Source of the DNA: Paraspadella gotoi
Lineage: Eukaryota; Animalia; Chaetognatha
Length of the DNA stretch: 64,000 nt
Assembly (NCBI GenBank): GCA_051294375.1
Contig: CM119268.1
Coordinates: 21,968,010 to 22,032,009 of the forward strand
Direction: 5' to 3'
A program made the position numbers and the translations under genes. Each line of letters opens with the position of its first letter. Position 1 is the stretch's first letter. Of this stretch, positions 49,571-62,950 are shown one piece after another. The notes under the pieces are model-generated. The model was not told the origin of the DNA and did not search any database. It saw only the letters and a list, made by a program, of their open reading frames with translations.

Positions 49571-50953
49571 ATGGCAATTTTAAGAAAATTCCATCCCCGT
49601 AATTTTGGCTTGATTAAATTATTTAGACTTTTACTCTGCTTCGGCCTTTTCCGATACCTTTGGCTCAACTTATGGTGGATCAGGGAAAAGAATTTGGATT
49701 TACCGTCATCATCTCAACCGCCTCATGAAACCTCTACGCCGATCACGTTTCTATCTCTCCGCCAAAAATTAAATCAAACGGACATCCATCCTTACGTTCC
49801 CCCTGACCGTTTGGAGAAAGGCTATAAAAATCCGTGCTGGTTCGAAACTCACGAATTAGAAGATCCCTATCTGAATAACCCTTTCTATCACATCCCTTGG
49901 GAATTCAAAATGAAGAAAATGTTTGATAGACTTCGTGACAATTGGCGTCGGCGTTTCGAAGGCCGCGAAAGAGGAAATCACCATTTGCCGAGTCCAAGAC
50001 GATTTCGCTGCATGCCCTACTTTTATCTCTTGGGCATGGAGAAAAGCGGCTCGACCGATATGTATCAGATGATAACGACTCATCCAGAAGTGGACGAGGG
50101 ACCGGATAAAGAAACTCATTGGTTGTCATTCAGACGATTTGGATTTTTGCATCACATTCTTTTTTCGTCTTTTCGTCCCGCGACTTTTGCTCACTATCTT
50201 GATCTATACGACGAAGCGGCCCAGAATATCATCAAAGATCCAAAGAAAATAGTAGGCGATGGATCGCCAACTTACTTATTCGACAACGAAGGTTGGCTCA
50301 ACTACCTCAATTGGCGACTCACCAATGGAACCTTACCTCCGCTAATTTCCTCGCACTTGGCCCGACTCAATCCCAAAGCGAAGCTGATCATAATGTTGCG
50401 CGAACCCGTGGCCCGCATGTACTCCGCTTATAAATACTTTCCGTATCACATTCGAAAGATCAAAAAATCCGTGCCGCACTTTCACCGTTTCGTCTCGGCG
50501 GGGATCAAGCGATTCGAGAACTGCCTTCGATCTTGGTCTTTGGAGGCCTGCGTCCGAGCGCCCGAACTAAACTCTGCGGCAAGGGGAGAACAAATATCCG
50601 TGAGTCGAGTTCGACTAGGAATTTATCACGTGTTTATTCGTGATTGGCTGAATCAATTTCCGAGAAATCAAATACTCGTCATTCGATTGGAGGATTATGT
50701 GGCTAACAAAATGGCCGCGCTCGAAAGGGTTCGCCAATTTCTTAACCTGGAATCTCCCTTCAATAGAAAAGCGGTCGAGGATGCAAAGTTGGTTTATAAA
50801 TCTCGAACGCCGATTGGTCCAATGAGCAAAAAGACCGAGGACCTGCTGAGACGATTCTACGCTCCGCATAATGAGGCTTTGGCTAAATTGTTGAAAGACG
50901 ATAAGTTTTTGTGGAAAGATGTTTGGGAGAAAAAAATGTTAAAAAAGAATTAA
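49571..50953 (+). CDS. Golgi-type carbohydrate sulfotransferase, CHST15 (GalNAc4S-6ST)-like; intronless
   Basis: Type II N-terminal anchor, YKNPCW, RCMPYFYLLGMEKSGSTDMY (5'-PSB), KETHW, GDGSPTY, LIIMLREPVARMYSAY (3'-PB), GIY..FIRDWL..FPRNQILVIRLEDY, FYAPHN..LAKLL.DDKFLW. Orthology not established, so no symbol given. Confidence 0.88.
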   Translation: MAILRKFHPRNFGLIKLFRLLLCFGLFRYLWLNLWWIREKNLDLPSSSQPPHETSTPITFLSLRQKLNQTDIHPYVPPDRLEKGYKNPCWFETHELEDPYLNNPFYHIPWEFKMKKMFDRLRDNWRRRFEGRERGNHHLPSPRRFRCMPYFYLLGMEKSGSTDMYQMITTHPEVDEGPDKETHWLSFRRFGFLHHILFSSFRPATFAHYLDLYDEAAQNIIKDPKKIVGDGSPTYLFDNEGWLNYLNWRLTNGTLPPLISSHLARLNPKAKLIIMLREPVARMYSAYKYFPYHIRKIKKSVPHFHRFVSAGIKRFENCLRSWSLEACVRAPELNSAARGEQISVSRVRLGIYHVFIRDWLNQFPRNQILVIRLEDYVANKMAALERVRQFLNLESPFNRKAVEDAKLVYKSRTPIGPMSKKTEDLLRRFYAPHNEALAKLLKDDKFLWKDVWEKKMLKKN

Positions 50954-51067
50954 TATAATTAATACATTTATCTGAATTTACAATAGGATTGCTTAAGAAT
51001 TATTATTTTTTTTAGTATTTTTTTATAATGTATTATTTATTTAATATTTAACTCAGAAAATAAAAAG

Positions 51068-51602
51068 AACAAATTTGAGCAAACAATGCATGATCTACCC
51101 ACGATCATTAGCGGTTAGCAGCTGATCAAATAATTAATTAATCAATAAATTAATTAATTTATTAATATTAATTTTTTTTATTCGTGTAAAAATCGTTTTC
51201 CCCTTTGTCTCTCCCCTCATTCACAAAACAATCTCAATCATAAGATTAATTAATTAATTACAAATTAATTAATAATTTATTAATGAAGCTTAAATTTACA
51301 TTTAATATAAAAAGAAAAAAGCATAATCAAATAGTGAAATAGTTTTTTTTTCCTTTTAACTCATTTCCACTCGGACGATTCCGTTTCCTGCTCAATCACA
51401 CATTTCCCTATACACATACAAAATTTTAAGTCAATCGCCCCATACAATAATGAGTAATTGGCGTTCAAAGCGGACTAACGGACGGACGGACGGACGTACA
51501 TTTTTTTTTTTCATAATTTCCTATAATCCGATGTTCTGAAATGATATAAGTGTCTTACCGACAAGATAATGGGTGGCGACCGACAGACCGACAAAGTGAA
51601 GT
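51068..51602 (-). mobile_element. Second, shorter DINE-1/Helentron-like copy
   Basis: Reverse complement matches the 13443-13491 end motif, the ACTCATTTCCACTC internal repeat and the GGAC microsatellite. Confidence 0.65.
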
Positions 51603-51720
51603 TGAAACAAAGGAGGAGAGAAAAGGAAAAAAAATAAGGAAATGTTTTGAGTTATAAAGAAACTCAAGGGAAGATTGTTTTGCTTGTTGCGCGGTAGACG
51701 ACTCCCACCGGTTTACGGGC

Positions 51721-51785
<65 letters not shown>

Positions 51786-53436
51786 AGTGTGTTTTCAGAT
51801 CCAAACAAAGAAGTAATAGATCTGTTTTTCTCCGTTTAACAATTCTTTACGAATGAGATACAAGTATAATGTTTACTACTTATATTAGAATAACATACTC
51901 TTACGATATCTTTAAAAAGAGACTTCGTTGTACTTATTGAAAGATCATTATTTTTTTGTTCAACTAAAAGTTTTGTCAATTCTCGTTTCTTGCCAATGTT
52001 AACCAAGAATTTAACATACTTAGTCTCAATCAATTTTTGAACGTCTATTGTGATCGGATGTCTTTAAAGCGAATCAACATTACATACTGAATTACAAATT
52101 AAAAAAGTCTAACAAAATTACCGCGTTTTATTTATTCAATTAGAACCAGATTAGAACAGCTTTTGTTGATTAACATCTGTTTTATTGCATTCAGTGACTT
52201 CGTCAATCCTTGGATGCGGTATGACATTTTCTACAATAAACTAAATGCACACGCTTCAAAACTTAATAAATCTGACAAAATTGACACCAAATGCTTTTGT
52301 CAAGTCGGTGATTTTTTGATTCTGAAAGTAAAAGTAGAATCAAGACAATCACAAACCACGAGCACAGAACGATATTTTAGATTTATTGTGAAAATTAAAT
52401 CACTTCTCAAATTTTAATGTAATGTAATTTAATGTAACTCGACACAATCTTTTTTTAGATATACACGTTCTTCGGAATAACTAAATAGGTTCAAATCGTT
52501 AAAATATCTAATATAAATATTATTTGCTTTTGGTAACATTTTGAACCTATATTTTTTTTTCGTTGACCAATAATCTCTGACCATTTTTATCCTTTCGTGC
52601 CGTTCTTCTCTCGTGTCTCTGTCTCTCTCTCTCTCTCTCGTCTCTGACTGTTTCTCTTTTCTCTAATATCGCCTGCCCCATAACGTCTCTCTCTCCATCT
52701 CTCTCCCAACTGTTACCCTAACAGCGACGTATTTCCTCGACCCACGAGGTAAACAAACAAACCGAAACCAAAGTTAATTGTTCAACAACGTTTTCGTCAC
52801 CGTCGGCATGTCAAAACCAACTGGCATGTCAAAACCTGTCGGCATGTCAGAACCTTACGACATGTTGCGGGTGTTAATCGCTTGTTTGTGGCTCTCGCGA
52901 TAAAGCCTCACGCAGTTGCACGTAAGTTGTGCACGTCATTTGTGATAGTGCGTAAGTAAACAAAATAACGAGAAAAACAATGCCTACACAATTGCGAAAT
53001 TAAATTACAATTTTAAACGCGCAAATAAATTAGTCGACTGTTTCGTCTAGGAGATAACTGTTAAAATTATCCTCGGTACATTTGTTCTAGTAACGTGATT
53101 GTATGCGAAAATCTTTAGCGCTTGCAAATTCACGGCTTGAAAAAAAAATCTTTTAATTATGAATTGATAAATTAATAAACAAAAGAACAAAAAATATAAC
53201 CAAAAAAGCTAACTGTGACTCCTTTACGTAGCTGCTCTTAGGAAATAAAACGAAAGTTGCTTATTAGTACGAAGATAACGACAATCTCTTTAACATTCAC
53301 GAAATTACCTTTAAATCCCCACCCCCCAAATTTTCCCCCAAGCGTTCACAATCCCAATCCACTGGCCACGCCCACCCCGCCGTCGAAACCGACGAAGATA
53401 AAAAAATCAAATTCCATCAAAATCGTCGACGTCGAG

Positions 53437-54015
53437 ATGCAGGGCGCAGCGAGGGGCGGCGGAGCAGCGGCGGCCGCGGCCAACGATTACAACAACGCCG
53501 CCGGCTACTACAACAACAACAACAACAAGGGCTACAAGAAGAATTATAACGACTACTACGACGACTACGACGATTATTACGACGATCGCCGACCGTGGAG
53601 TTCGGAGTCTTACTACAGCGACGGAGATGATAGAGAATCGCCAGAGTGGACTTGTTTCGTTTGCTGTCTGCCAGCGAGAGTGTTGGAGGAAGAGAGAGAA
53701 GAGAGGGAGAGATGGAAGAGAGAGAGGGGTGAGATATTGGGGGGAGGGAGAGGGAGCAGGGGAGAGATAAAAGATGTAGGGAGCGGGCGAAACTGTATTC
53801 TGTATTGGTTACTGACTCAAACTGACTTGGTTGATAAAATGATAAAGTCTGGCAGTAAATAACTCAAAGAGAGCTAGTAATTTTGTTACTTCAATATTAT
53901 TTAACCTAACATTAGGCCAGATGTAGATAATGATTAGTAATTTCAATATTTAGTAAATAGTAAAATGAATTTACTCTTTTCCTTCTCCAACTTTTCCATT
54001 CCATTCTCTTCCTCC

Positions 54016-54051
<36 letters not shown>

Positions 54052-56970
54052 CCTCTCCCTCCTCTCTCTCTCCCAGCCGCCCGCCCCTTCGTCATCCAAG
54101 AGCGAGTTGTCGGCGAGCAACCCGACAAGTCGGCCCCGAGTCCCTTCGATCGGGATTCGCTCGTCGGCCGAAGCCCTTCCTTCGGCATCGCCGACTACGC
54201 GAGGAAGTCCGCTGGGAATTCGGGAGCAGCGGTTAGACCGGTGAGGAAAAGGTTTGGGGTTTGGGTTAGTGGTTAGGTTAGGTGAGGGATAAAGGTTAGC
54301 GATTAAGAATTAGGGTTAGTGATTAGGTTATGGATTAAGGTTAGGGTGTAAAGTTAAAGGATTAGAGTTAACAATTAGGCTAAGTGATTAAGGTTAGCGA
54401 TAAGGTTAGGGTTAAGAATTAGGTTTGAGTTAAGAGTTAAGAATTAGTGTTTCGGGATTAGGGTTAAAAGATAAATGATGAGGGATTAAGGATTAAGGTT
54501 CGTGATTTGGGTTTAGATTAAAGATTAAAAATTTAAAATTTTTCCCTCCACCCTCTCCTCCTTTCCTTTCTTCCCTCTCTCTCTCCCTCCTCCTCCCTCT
54601 CTCCTCCTTTCCTTTCCTCCCTCTCTCTCTCCCTCCTCCTCCCTCTCTCCTCCTTCCCTTTCCTTCCCCTCTCTCTCTCCCCTTCCCCTCTCTCTCTCCC
54701 TCCCCCTCTTTCCCCCCTCCCTCTCTCCTCCTCCTCCTCTCTCTCTCTCCTCCTCCTCTCTCCCTCCTCCTCGTCCTCCCCCTCGTCTCCTTCCCCCTCC
54801 CTTTCTCCTCCTTCCTTTTCTTCCCCTCTCTCTCTCCCTTCCCCTCTCTCTCTCCCTCCTCCTCCCTCTTTCCCCCCTCCCTCTCTCCTCCTCCTCTCTC
54901 TCTCTCCCTCCTCCTCTCTCACTCCCCCTCGTCCCTCCCCTCGTCTCCTCCCCTCCTCCCCATTCCCCCCATCCCATCCTCCATCTCCCCCTCCCCCCAA
55001 CCCTCCTTCAGATCGACGCCCCCATCGTCGCCGACGAGGTCCACCTCGACGCGAGCAAACGCTCGCTCCGCAAGCGAGAGACGAAAAAATACTCGCGGCA
55101 TCAGAGTCGCAGCTACAACGACTCGCGAGTCTTGGCCTCGAAGCAGCAGCGGCTGCGGCTACAACAGCAGCAAGATCAGAGAGCCGCGGCGGAGTCGGCC
55201 GAGAACAGCAGCCAAGACGTTTCGCCGCTGGAGAGCGAAGCGAGTCTGGAGAGCGAATTGGAGGAGGAAGAGGAAGAGGAAGGGTTGCCCGGGGTGGGGG
55301 AAGGTGAGGAGTGGGGAATTGTAGGGTCTTGGGGTTGGGGAGTGGGATCGGCCTCGTCAATAATTGTTAATAATATTATTATTAATTAAACTAACCCAAA
55401 AAACCCTCTCCTAAGGCCTTCACGACTCAGAGGGAGCCTCAACGCTGCGTAGCCTCGCTCTCAAGTCGTCCGTCCGCGAGAGGCTCATCTCTTTATCGCC
55501 CACGAGTGGAGTCAACAGGTTTCGCCTTTTGTTTGTCTCTTGAGTTTGCATCTTTTGTTTGTAAATTTTATGTGTATCTTTTGTTTTATTTTTATCTTTT
55601 TTAGTATCATTAGTTCGCAATTGGTAAGACCATTATAAAAGTCATTGAATAAGCTTTATTGCCCCTGACTAATCTTATTAAGGGCCTCTATAATTTTTTT
55701 TCAGTTTTTTTTTTTTTTTTTTAACTTTTTCTTTCTTTCTCGTCTGCGGAGTCAAAAGATTCTTCATTTTATCTTTTGTTCAGTTGATCTTTTCTTTCGT
55801 TTCGAAACGTGAGAGAATTTTTGGCGCAAAAGAACAAAACTTTCGTTTAATTCTTCGTCTTTTTCTTAGTCTTTTCTAATTCTTTATGTCGTTATCTTAC
55901 TTTCGTTTCTTTTGTCTTGTCTTTTTCTCTTCTCTTCTCTTCTCTTCTCTTCTCTTCTCTTCTCTTCTCTTCTCTTCTCTTCTCTTCTCTTCTCTTCTCT
56001 TCTCTTTTTTCCGTTTCTTACCTCAAAACCAAAAACCATTTTTTCTCTCCTCAATTATTTAAAGCGGTGTCCACTGTATTTTTAATCACTCGGCCCCAGA
56101 GCCAAACGGGAAGTGGCGAGTTTTTCTCAGAAATATGTTTCGCCCCAAAACGAAAGAATCATTTTCTTTGAGATTTGACTCTGAAGGAAGAAGTAGAAGA
56201 AGCAGACTGAGAGTGAGAGAGAGTGAGAGAGAGTCTTGATTGAGAGCTTGCAGGATCTTGTCAAGTTACTAAACTGTCTTTTAATAAGCATTTGGTTCTT
56301 TAAACGGGCATTATTGTCAGTTTAAAGTCAGGAGCAAGATAGCTATTTTATTGAAATAAGGGATAATTTTTATCAATTACGTACATTCATTAAAAAAAAT
56401 TATCCATTTTGACCATAATTGTCAATTTTAATCTTTTATAAATTTCCAAAATGCGATGCTCATTTGTTTCCTCATTATTTCTCGTTTCCCTTTTTTCCGC
56501 CGCCAGGATTCAAATCCGCAACAACAACTCGTCCGTCGTCATCGTTATGGGCGACGATCCCCTGGCACCGCCGCAGCCCAAATCCGCAGCGCCAATCGCG
56601 GCGCCAATTCCGGCCGAAGACGACGCCGCGGTGCCGGAGAGCGTCGCCATCGACATCCCCGCCGACGCCGCCGCCGCTGAGGCTGCCGACGCACCCGACG
56701 CGGCGGCGCAGCGTCGGCAGGAAGAGATCATCAACTACGACAATTTCGTCTCGACTTCTTGTCAAACTTCGCTCCTTAATTTCCCGCTTCACAATTCACT
56801 GACCTGTTGGGTGGACGAGGAGGGGAAGAAAGTTCACAGGGACGGATGTGAATCCAGACAGGTGTGGAAAGAGGGAGAGAAGGGAGAAAGGAAAGAGCAA
56901 TGATAAGTGAAGAGTAGTAATAGTAATAGTAATATAGAATAGTAATAATAATAATAATAATAATAATACA

Positions 56971-57040
<70 letters not shown>

Positions 57041-57204
57041 TAATATATAACAGGATTAGGCCCAAGGGGAATTTCTATAAAAAAAAATGATTGTTTATTT
57101 TTAGCAAAGATTAAATATTAATAATTAGCCATTTCTTTCTGTGTTCTTTATCTTCCTCCCTCTCTCTCTTCTTCCCTCTCTCCCCATCTCTTCTTTTCTC
57201 TCTC

Positions 57205-57251
<47 letters not shown>

Positions 57252-60200
57252 TTCACTCACTTTCTACTCTCTCTCCCTTTTACTCCATATTAATACTCTC
57301 TTCCTTCCACTCTTTCTCTTCTCTCTCTTTTCCTCTCTCTCTCCCTATTTTCTTATCTCTTCCTCCTCTCTCTTCTTCTATTTCTCCTCCCCTCTCCCTT
57401 TTCTCCGTCTCCTCCTCCCCCACTCCTTCCTTCCTCCCCTCTCTTCCTCTATTTCTCCTCCCCTCTCTTTTTTCTCCGTCTCCCCCTCCCCCACTCCTTC
57501 TTCCTCCCTCCTCTCCCTCCCTCAGGAGCAAACTCCCGTTGAGCCTTTTCCTTCTGAGGGAGAAGAAGCGACGGAGGTTTCCTCCTCTCAGGAAGAGACG
57601 GAGGAAACGGAGGAAGAGAGCGAGGAAACGGAGGAAGAGACGGAGGAAGAGAGCGAGGAGGAAAGGCCAAGGGTCTGTCTCGAATGTTCACAGGGTCTGC
57701 CCCAAGTCTGTCAGGTATTGATGTGTCATAAAAAATTGGGATCGATTTAATTAATAATAAATAAATTTGGAATTAAAATTAAGAAAAGTCTTTGAACCTG
57801 GGAACATTTTTTCCCTATTTTTAAATATTTTTAAATTAAATTTTTAAATTTAAATTTATATCGAACTCAGTTGTACCTTAAGAAATCTTAATATTTCACC
57901 ATCTTTTTAATTAATTTTTTAAACTATTAAAGTATGCTCTATTAAATTTGCTAAATTTCAAATTTAGCAAATTTAATAGAGCATACTTTAAAAAAATACT
58001 TATATTTTCTTTTTTCAACTTTTTTTAGGAATTAATATATGCTTTTAAACCAAGAAAATAATTATTGCGAAATTTGATTTTTTTTCTAATGTAAGCATTA
58101 TGTATACGACTTAATGCGAAATTAAGAAAAATTGAGGAATGCAAAATAATTTTTATTGATACAAGATTGTTGATGATATAGGGTTAGACTTATGATCTGC
58201 AACTTTAACTATTCTTTCCTTTCAGGGATGTTGCGCTGCCAAAGTGGAAGAGGCGGCCGGTAAAGGAGGAAAGAAGGGAGGCGGTCAGGGCAAAGGAGGT
58301 CAGAAGGGCGGGAGGGATTCCGAGGACCCGACAGGGGGTGCAGGGGCAGGGAAAGGAGGAGGAGGAGGAGGAGGAGGAAGGGGAGGAGCCAAGACGAAGC
58401 AGGGGAAAGCGGGAGGAGGAGGAGGAGGAAAAGGAGGAAGGCAGAGGAAGATCGGTGGGGAAGAGGGAGAAGGGGAGGAAGAAGAGGTGGCCGAGGAAAG
58501 AGAGGAAGAGAGGGAGGAAAGAGAAAAGAAAGGGAAGAGGAGAGAGGAAGAAGAAGAAGACGATCGAAGCGTGAAAAGCAAAAAGAGAAAAGCGAGCGAA
58601 TCGCGAGACAGAGTCGGTGAGAAGGAGAAGAAGAGGGCGAGGAAGAAGGATGAGAAGGAGGAGGAGGAGGAAGAGGAAGAGGAGAAGAGTCCCGACCTCC
58701 TTCGACGACCTTCGGCCAAGGGGAAGAGGAAGAAGAAGAAAAAACTCTTATCTCGATTGACGGAACAAAATTTGGAACAACATAATTTGAATTATTTTAA
58801 GGATGACGTCGACTCGGCGATTAAGGAGTTGGGAATATTGGATGGAGAAGGGGAGGAGGTGGAGGAGGAGGAGGGGGTTAAAAAGGTAAGGCTTGAGGGT
58901 AAGGGTGCTTTTTTGATATTAATGACTTGGAAACCGGGAAACGATAATAACGATAATGGAAATAATATTAATAATATCACGTGATTTGTATACAAAGGAA
59001 GAAAGGGGTTAATATAGATTAATGCGAAACTGAAATAAAACTGAACGATTTAGAAATAAGAAATGTTGATAGTTTTAATGATCCTTCAAAACTTTGAGTC
59101 AAAGAGCTTTTTGATGAACGTGAGCGATGAAAGTGATGTAAAAGTGTTACGGAAAAATGTTTTGTCGTTTGAATCAAATATAATTTGGAGAAACATCAGA
59201 TGGATGAGAACGAGGGGGGAAATGGTTTTTTGATTGATTAAAATAAATTACTATACTACTAAATACTATGCTATATTACTATACTTTAGACTTACTAGAC
59301 TTCTTTTCCTTACTTTCCTCTTTTACCAGAGGAAAGATTAGTCAGAACCTACCTTTAACTGACCCAGGAGAGCATGAAAGAACCCAGCGACTACAGTAAT
59401 TTAAGGGTCTGTCTTTTATTATTTTAATTAAACTTAATATTAAAGGCAATTAAATATTTCTGTTTCAGGATTCCGAGAAGAAAAAGAAGAAGAAAAAAGA
59501 TAAGAAAGATGCGGATCAAAAGGAAAAGAAAAAGAAAAAAGAAAAAGAAGAAATAAAAGATGAAATAAAGAAAATCAAAGCAGAGAAAGAAGACGATATT
59601 CTGCTCAACCAATTTGCGGATTTAGAAAAAAATGAAATCAAAGAAGAAATTAATGCGGAAGAAAAAGAGAAAAAGAAAAAGAAGAAGAAGAAAGAGAAAG
59701 AGAAAGAAATAGAAAACGAAGCGGAAAACGAAGTGGAAAAAGACGAGGAAATAGTTGAAAAAATCGAGGAAAGGAAAGAAGAAAAACGAAAGAAGAAAAA
59801 AGAAAGGAAGGGACAAGACGAAGACGAAGAAGATGAGAAGAAAAAGAAAGAAAAGAATAAAGAGAAGAAAAAGAAAAGAGAGGAAAAAGAAAATAAAGAA
59901 ACGGAAGAAAACGTTGTGGAACTCGAGCCGGTTTTACGGTCGAAGAAGAAGAAAAAGAAGGAGATAGAAGTGGCAGTGTTATTGGAAGGAGAACCGATAG
60001 AAGGAGAGGAGGAATTAAAGGAAATCGAAAAGAAAACAGAAAAGAAGAAAAAGAAAAAGAAGGAGAAATCTCCTGAAGAAGAAGGAGAGGAAGAAAATAA
60101 AGAAAATAAAGAAATTCCCAAAGAAAAAAATGAAAGGAAAGAAAGAGAAAAAGAAAAGAAGAAAAAGAAAAAGAAGGAGAAATCTCCTGAAGAAGAAGAA

Positions 60201-61573
60201 GAAGAAGAAGAAGAAGAAGAAGAAAATAAAGAAATTCCCAAAGAAGAAAATGAAAGGAAAGAAAGAGAAAAAGAAAAGAAGAAAAAGAAAAAGGAGAAGA
60301 AAGTAGTAGAAGATGAAGAAAAAGAAGAGAAGAAGGAAGGAGAAGAAATATCACACGATATAAAGATTAGAGGTAAGAAAAGAGAGAAAAAGGACAAAGC
60401 GAACAAAGATAATAAACGAGATAAAGAAGACAAAGAGAATGATAAAGACAAAGACGACGAGGAGAATGAAAGAGACAAAGAGGACAAGGAAAAGAAGAGA
60501 GACAAAAAAGCCGCCAAGAAGGACAAAGAACATAAAGAGAATAAATCCAAATCGCGACAAAGAACAATAGTGACGAAACCAAAGCTGCTGGAATCTCCAT
60601 TGAAGTCTCCAAACGACGACGACGACGACGACGACGACAACGACGAACCCTTACCCTCGAAAAAAATCCCCCTGGTGAGAAAAGTCAAAAAATCGACCAA
60701 ACCCGAACTCACTTCGGCCATAGACAAAAGAGCATCTCATTCTAACTTACCCAAAATCTCCGCTTCGCCCTTCAAACCCTCGCCGGGCCGCGCCATGCCG
60801 CAGCAGCAGCAGCAGCCGCAGCAGAAGAAGAAGAAGCCGCCGTCGCCGCCGAAACTGGACGTGGAGACTCGCAGCGCCCTCAGCGGCGCGTCGGGAGATT
60901 CCGGTCTCGCTGAGGATCTTCTATCGGAATCGATCTCTCTCGAGTTGGCGGGAAAATTCATTCCTAAACCAGTGAATCTGAAAATGTTAAAGAATAGGAG
61001 GAAGAAGATGACGGCGAAAAGGTGAGAGGATTGGGGTTCAGGTCGGTGGGATTGATTAGGTCGGAGGATAAGGTCGGAGGATAAGTCTGGTCGGAACGGG
61101 ATGGTGAGAGTATCCTTGTCGGCTGGTAAGTTCAGGAATGAGATTTGGGTTTATTAATGAGGCATTTAATCTTATTTTACCTTCACTTTCCCTCATTTTT
61201 CTTCTGAAACGTTTCTTTCCTTTTTTAACTCTCTTTCCTCTTTTCTCTCCTTTTTTTCTCCCTTTTATTACACTTCTCTTAATTTTTCTCTATTTTCTCC
61301 TCTATTTTCTTCTCTTTCCTCCCTCTCTTCCTCCCCTCCCCTTTTTCTTCTCTTCCTCCCTCTCTCTTCCTCTCTTCCTCCCCTTTCCCTTCTCTTCCTC
61401 CCTCTCTTCTCCTCTCTTCCTCAAGAGTCCCCAATCTCTACTACACCCCCGACGCCGACGCCGACGACGACGACCTCGACAGAGAAACTCGAACTGGGAT
61501 GTCGCATTACGAGCGGACGAAGAGAAGAGTCGAAGGATTGCTCAAAAAGAGAGCGAAGTTCGGACGGCAGATG

Positions 61574-61623
<50 letters not shown>

Positions 61624-61725
61624 TTAATCTCAAACTGGGATGTCGCATTACGCATTAGAGCGGCACGAAGAGAAAGAGTCGAAGGATTGCTGCAAAAGAG
61701 AGCGAAGTTCGGACGGCAGATGGGT

Positions 61726-61766
<41 letters not shown>

Positions 61767-61863
61767 ATTGTTAATCTCAAACTGGGATGTCGCATATACG
61801 AGCGGACGAAGAGAAGAGTCGAAGGATTGTTGCAAAAGAGAGCGAAGTTCGGACGGCAGATGG

Positions 61864-61905
<42 letters not shown>

Positions 61906-62336
61906 ATTGTTAATCTCAAACTGGGATGTCGCATTACGAGCGGACGAAGAGAAGAGTCGAAGGATTGCTGCAAAAGAGAGCGAAGTTCGGACGGCAGATG
62001 GGTAAGAGAGAGAGAGAGAAGAGAGAGAGAGAAGGAGAGAGAGAGAAAGATTGTAATCTCAAACTGGGATGTCGCGATTACGAGCGGACGAAGAGAAGAG
62101 TCGAAGGATTGCTGCAAAAGAGAGCGAAGTTCGGAGCGGCAGATGGGTAAGAGAGAGAGAGAGAGAGAAGAGAGAGAGAGAAGAGATTGTTAATCCAACT
62201 GGGATGTCGCATTACGAGCGGACGAAGAGAAGAGTCGAAGGATTGCTGCAAAAGAGAGCGAAGTTCGGGCGGCAGATGGGTAAGAGAGAAGAGAAGAGAG
62301 AGAGAGAGAAGAGAGAGAGAGATGCGGAGGCGAAAT

Positions 62337-62378
<42 letters not shown>

Positions 62379-62496
62379 AGACAGTGAGAGAGAAGAGATT
62401 GTTAATCTCAAACGGGAATGTCAATTACGAGCGGACAGGGAGAAGAGTCGAAGGATTGCTGCAGAAGAGAGCGAAGTTCGGACGGCAAGATGAGTA

Positions 62497-62542
<46 letters not shown>

Positions 62543-62950
62543 CTTTATCCCTTCATCCCACGTCTTAATCTGCCTCCCCTCCCCCTTCCTCCCCCAATTC
62601 ATCTCCCCTCCTCTTTCCCCTCTTCTTCCATCTCAGAATCCCGTGGACGCAACACCCAAATGTGGCGCAAGTACGGCGCCCGCGTCGCCGACCGCACGCC
62701 CTTCCAGATTTCCGGCGCCGTCGTTCGTCCGGACTACAAACCCCTGATCAATTTCCCGGTCGTCCGGTCGCGACCCGCCGCGGTCAACTACGGCCGGCAG
62801 GGCACGATCTCCCACTGGACCCGAGGGGAGAACCCCTTGGCCTTTTCCTCGGGCCGGATGGCGACTGTGACCACGCAGAAGGGACCCGACTTGACCATGC
62901 ACTGGTCCCAGCTGAAGACCAACGCGATGGGGCTGGGGCTGGGGTATTAG
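53437..62950 (+). CDS. Large uncharacterised low-complexity Lys/Glu-rich protein (multi-exon)
   Basis: GC-rich exon blocks with splice signals at ~53437-53650, 54076-54231, 55011-55283, 55416-55518, 56507-56810, 57525-57714, 58226-58885, 59469-61021, 61426-61573, 62637-62950. Open frames are rich in K/E/G. No domain recognised and exact junctions are unsure. Confidence 0.55.
57927..57991. repeat. Perfect 31-bp-arm palindrome
   Basis: TTAAAGTATGCTCTATTAAATTTGCTAAATT-TCA-AATTTAGCAAATTTAATAGAGCATACTTTAA. Confidence 0.9.
61490..62540 (+). repeat. Tandem array (~8 units, ~130-150 bp) of exon 3' end + donor + (AG)n
   Basis: Unit AACTGGGATGTCGCATTACGAGCGGACGAAGAGAAGAGTCGAAGGATTGCT..AAAAGAGAGCGAAGTTCGGACGGCAGATGG(G)TAAG(AG)n. 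Confidence 0.9.

Noticed and set aside
54260-54530. True telomere or chromosome end
   Set aside because: Degenerate, intronic, and similar to the MITE core tracts elsewhere.
59516-60727. 403-aa Phe/Ser-rich minus-strand ORF and similar ORFs
   Set aside because: Antisense shadow of the Lys/Glu-rich exon.
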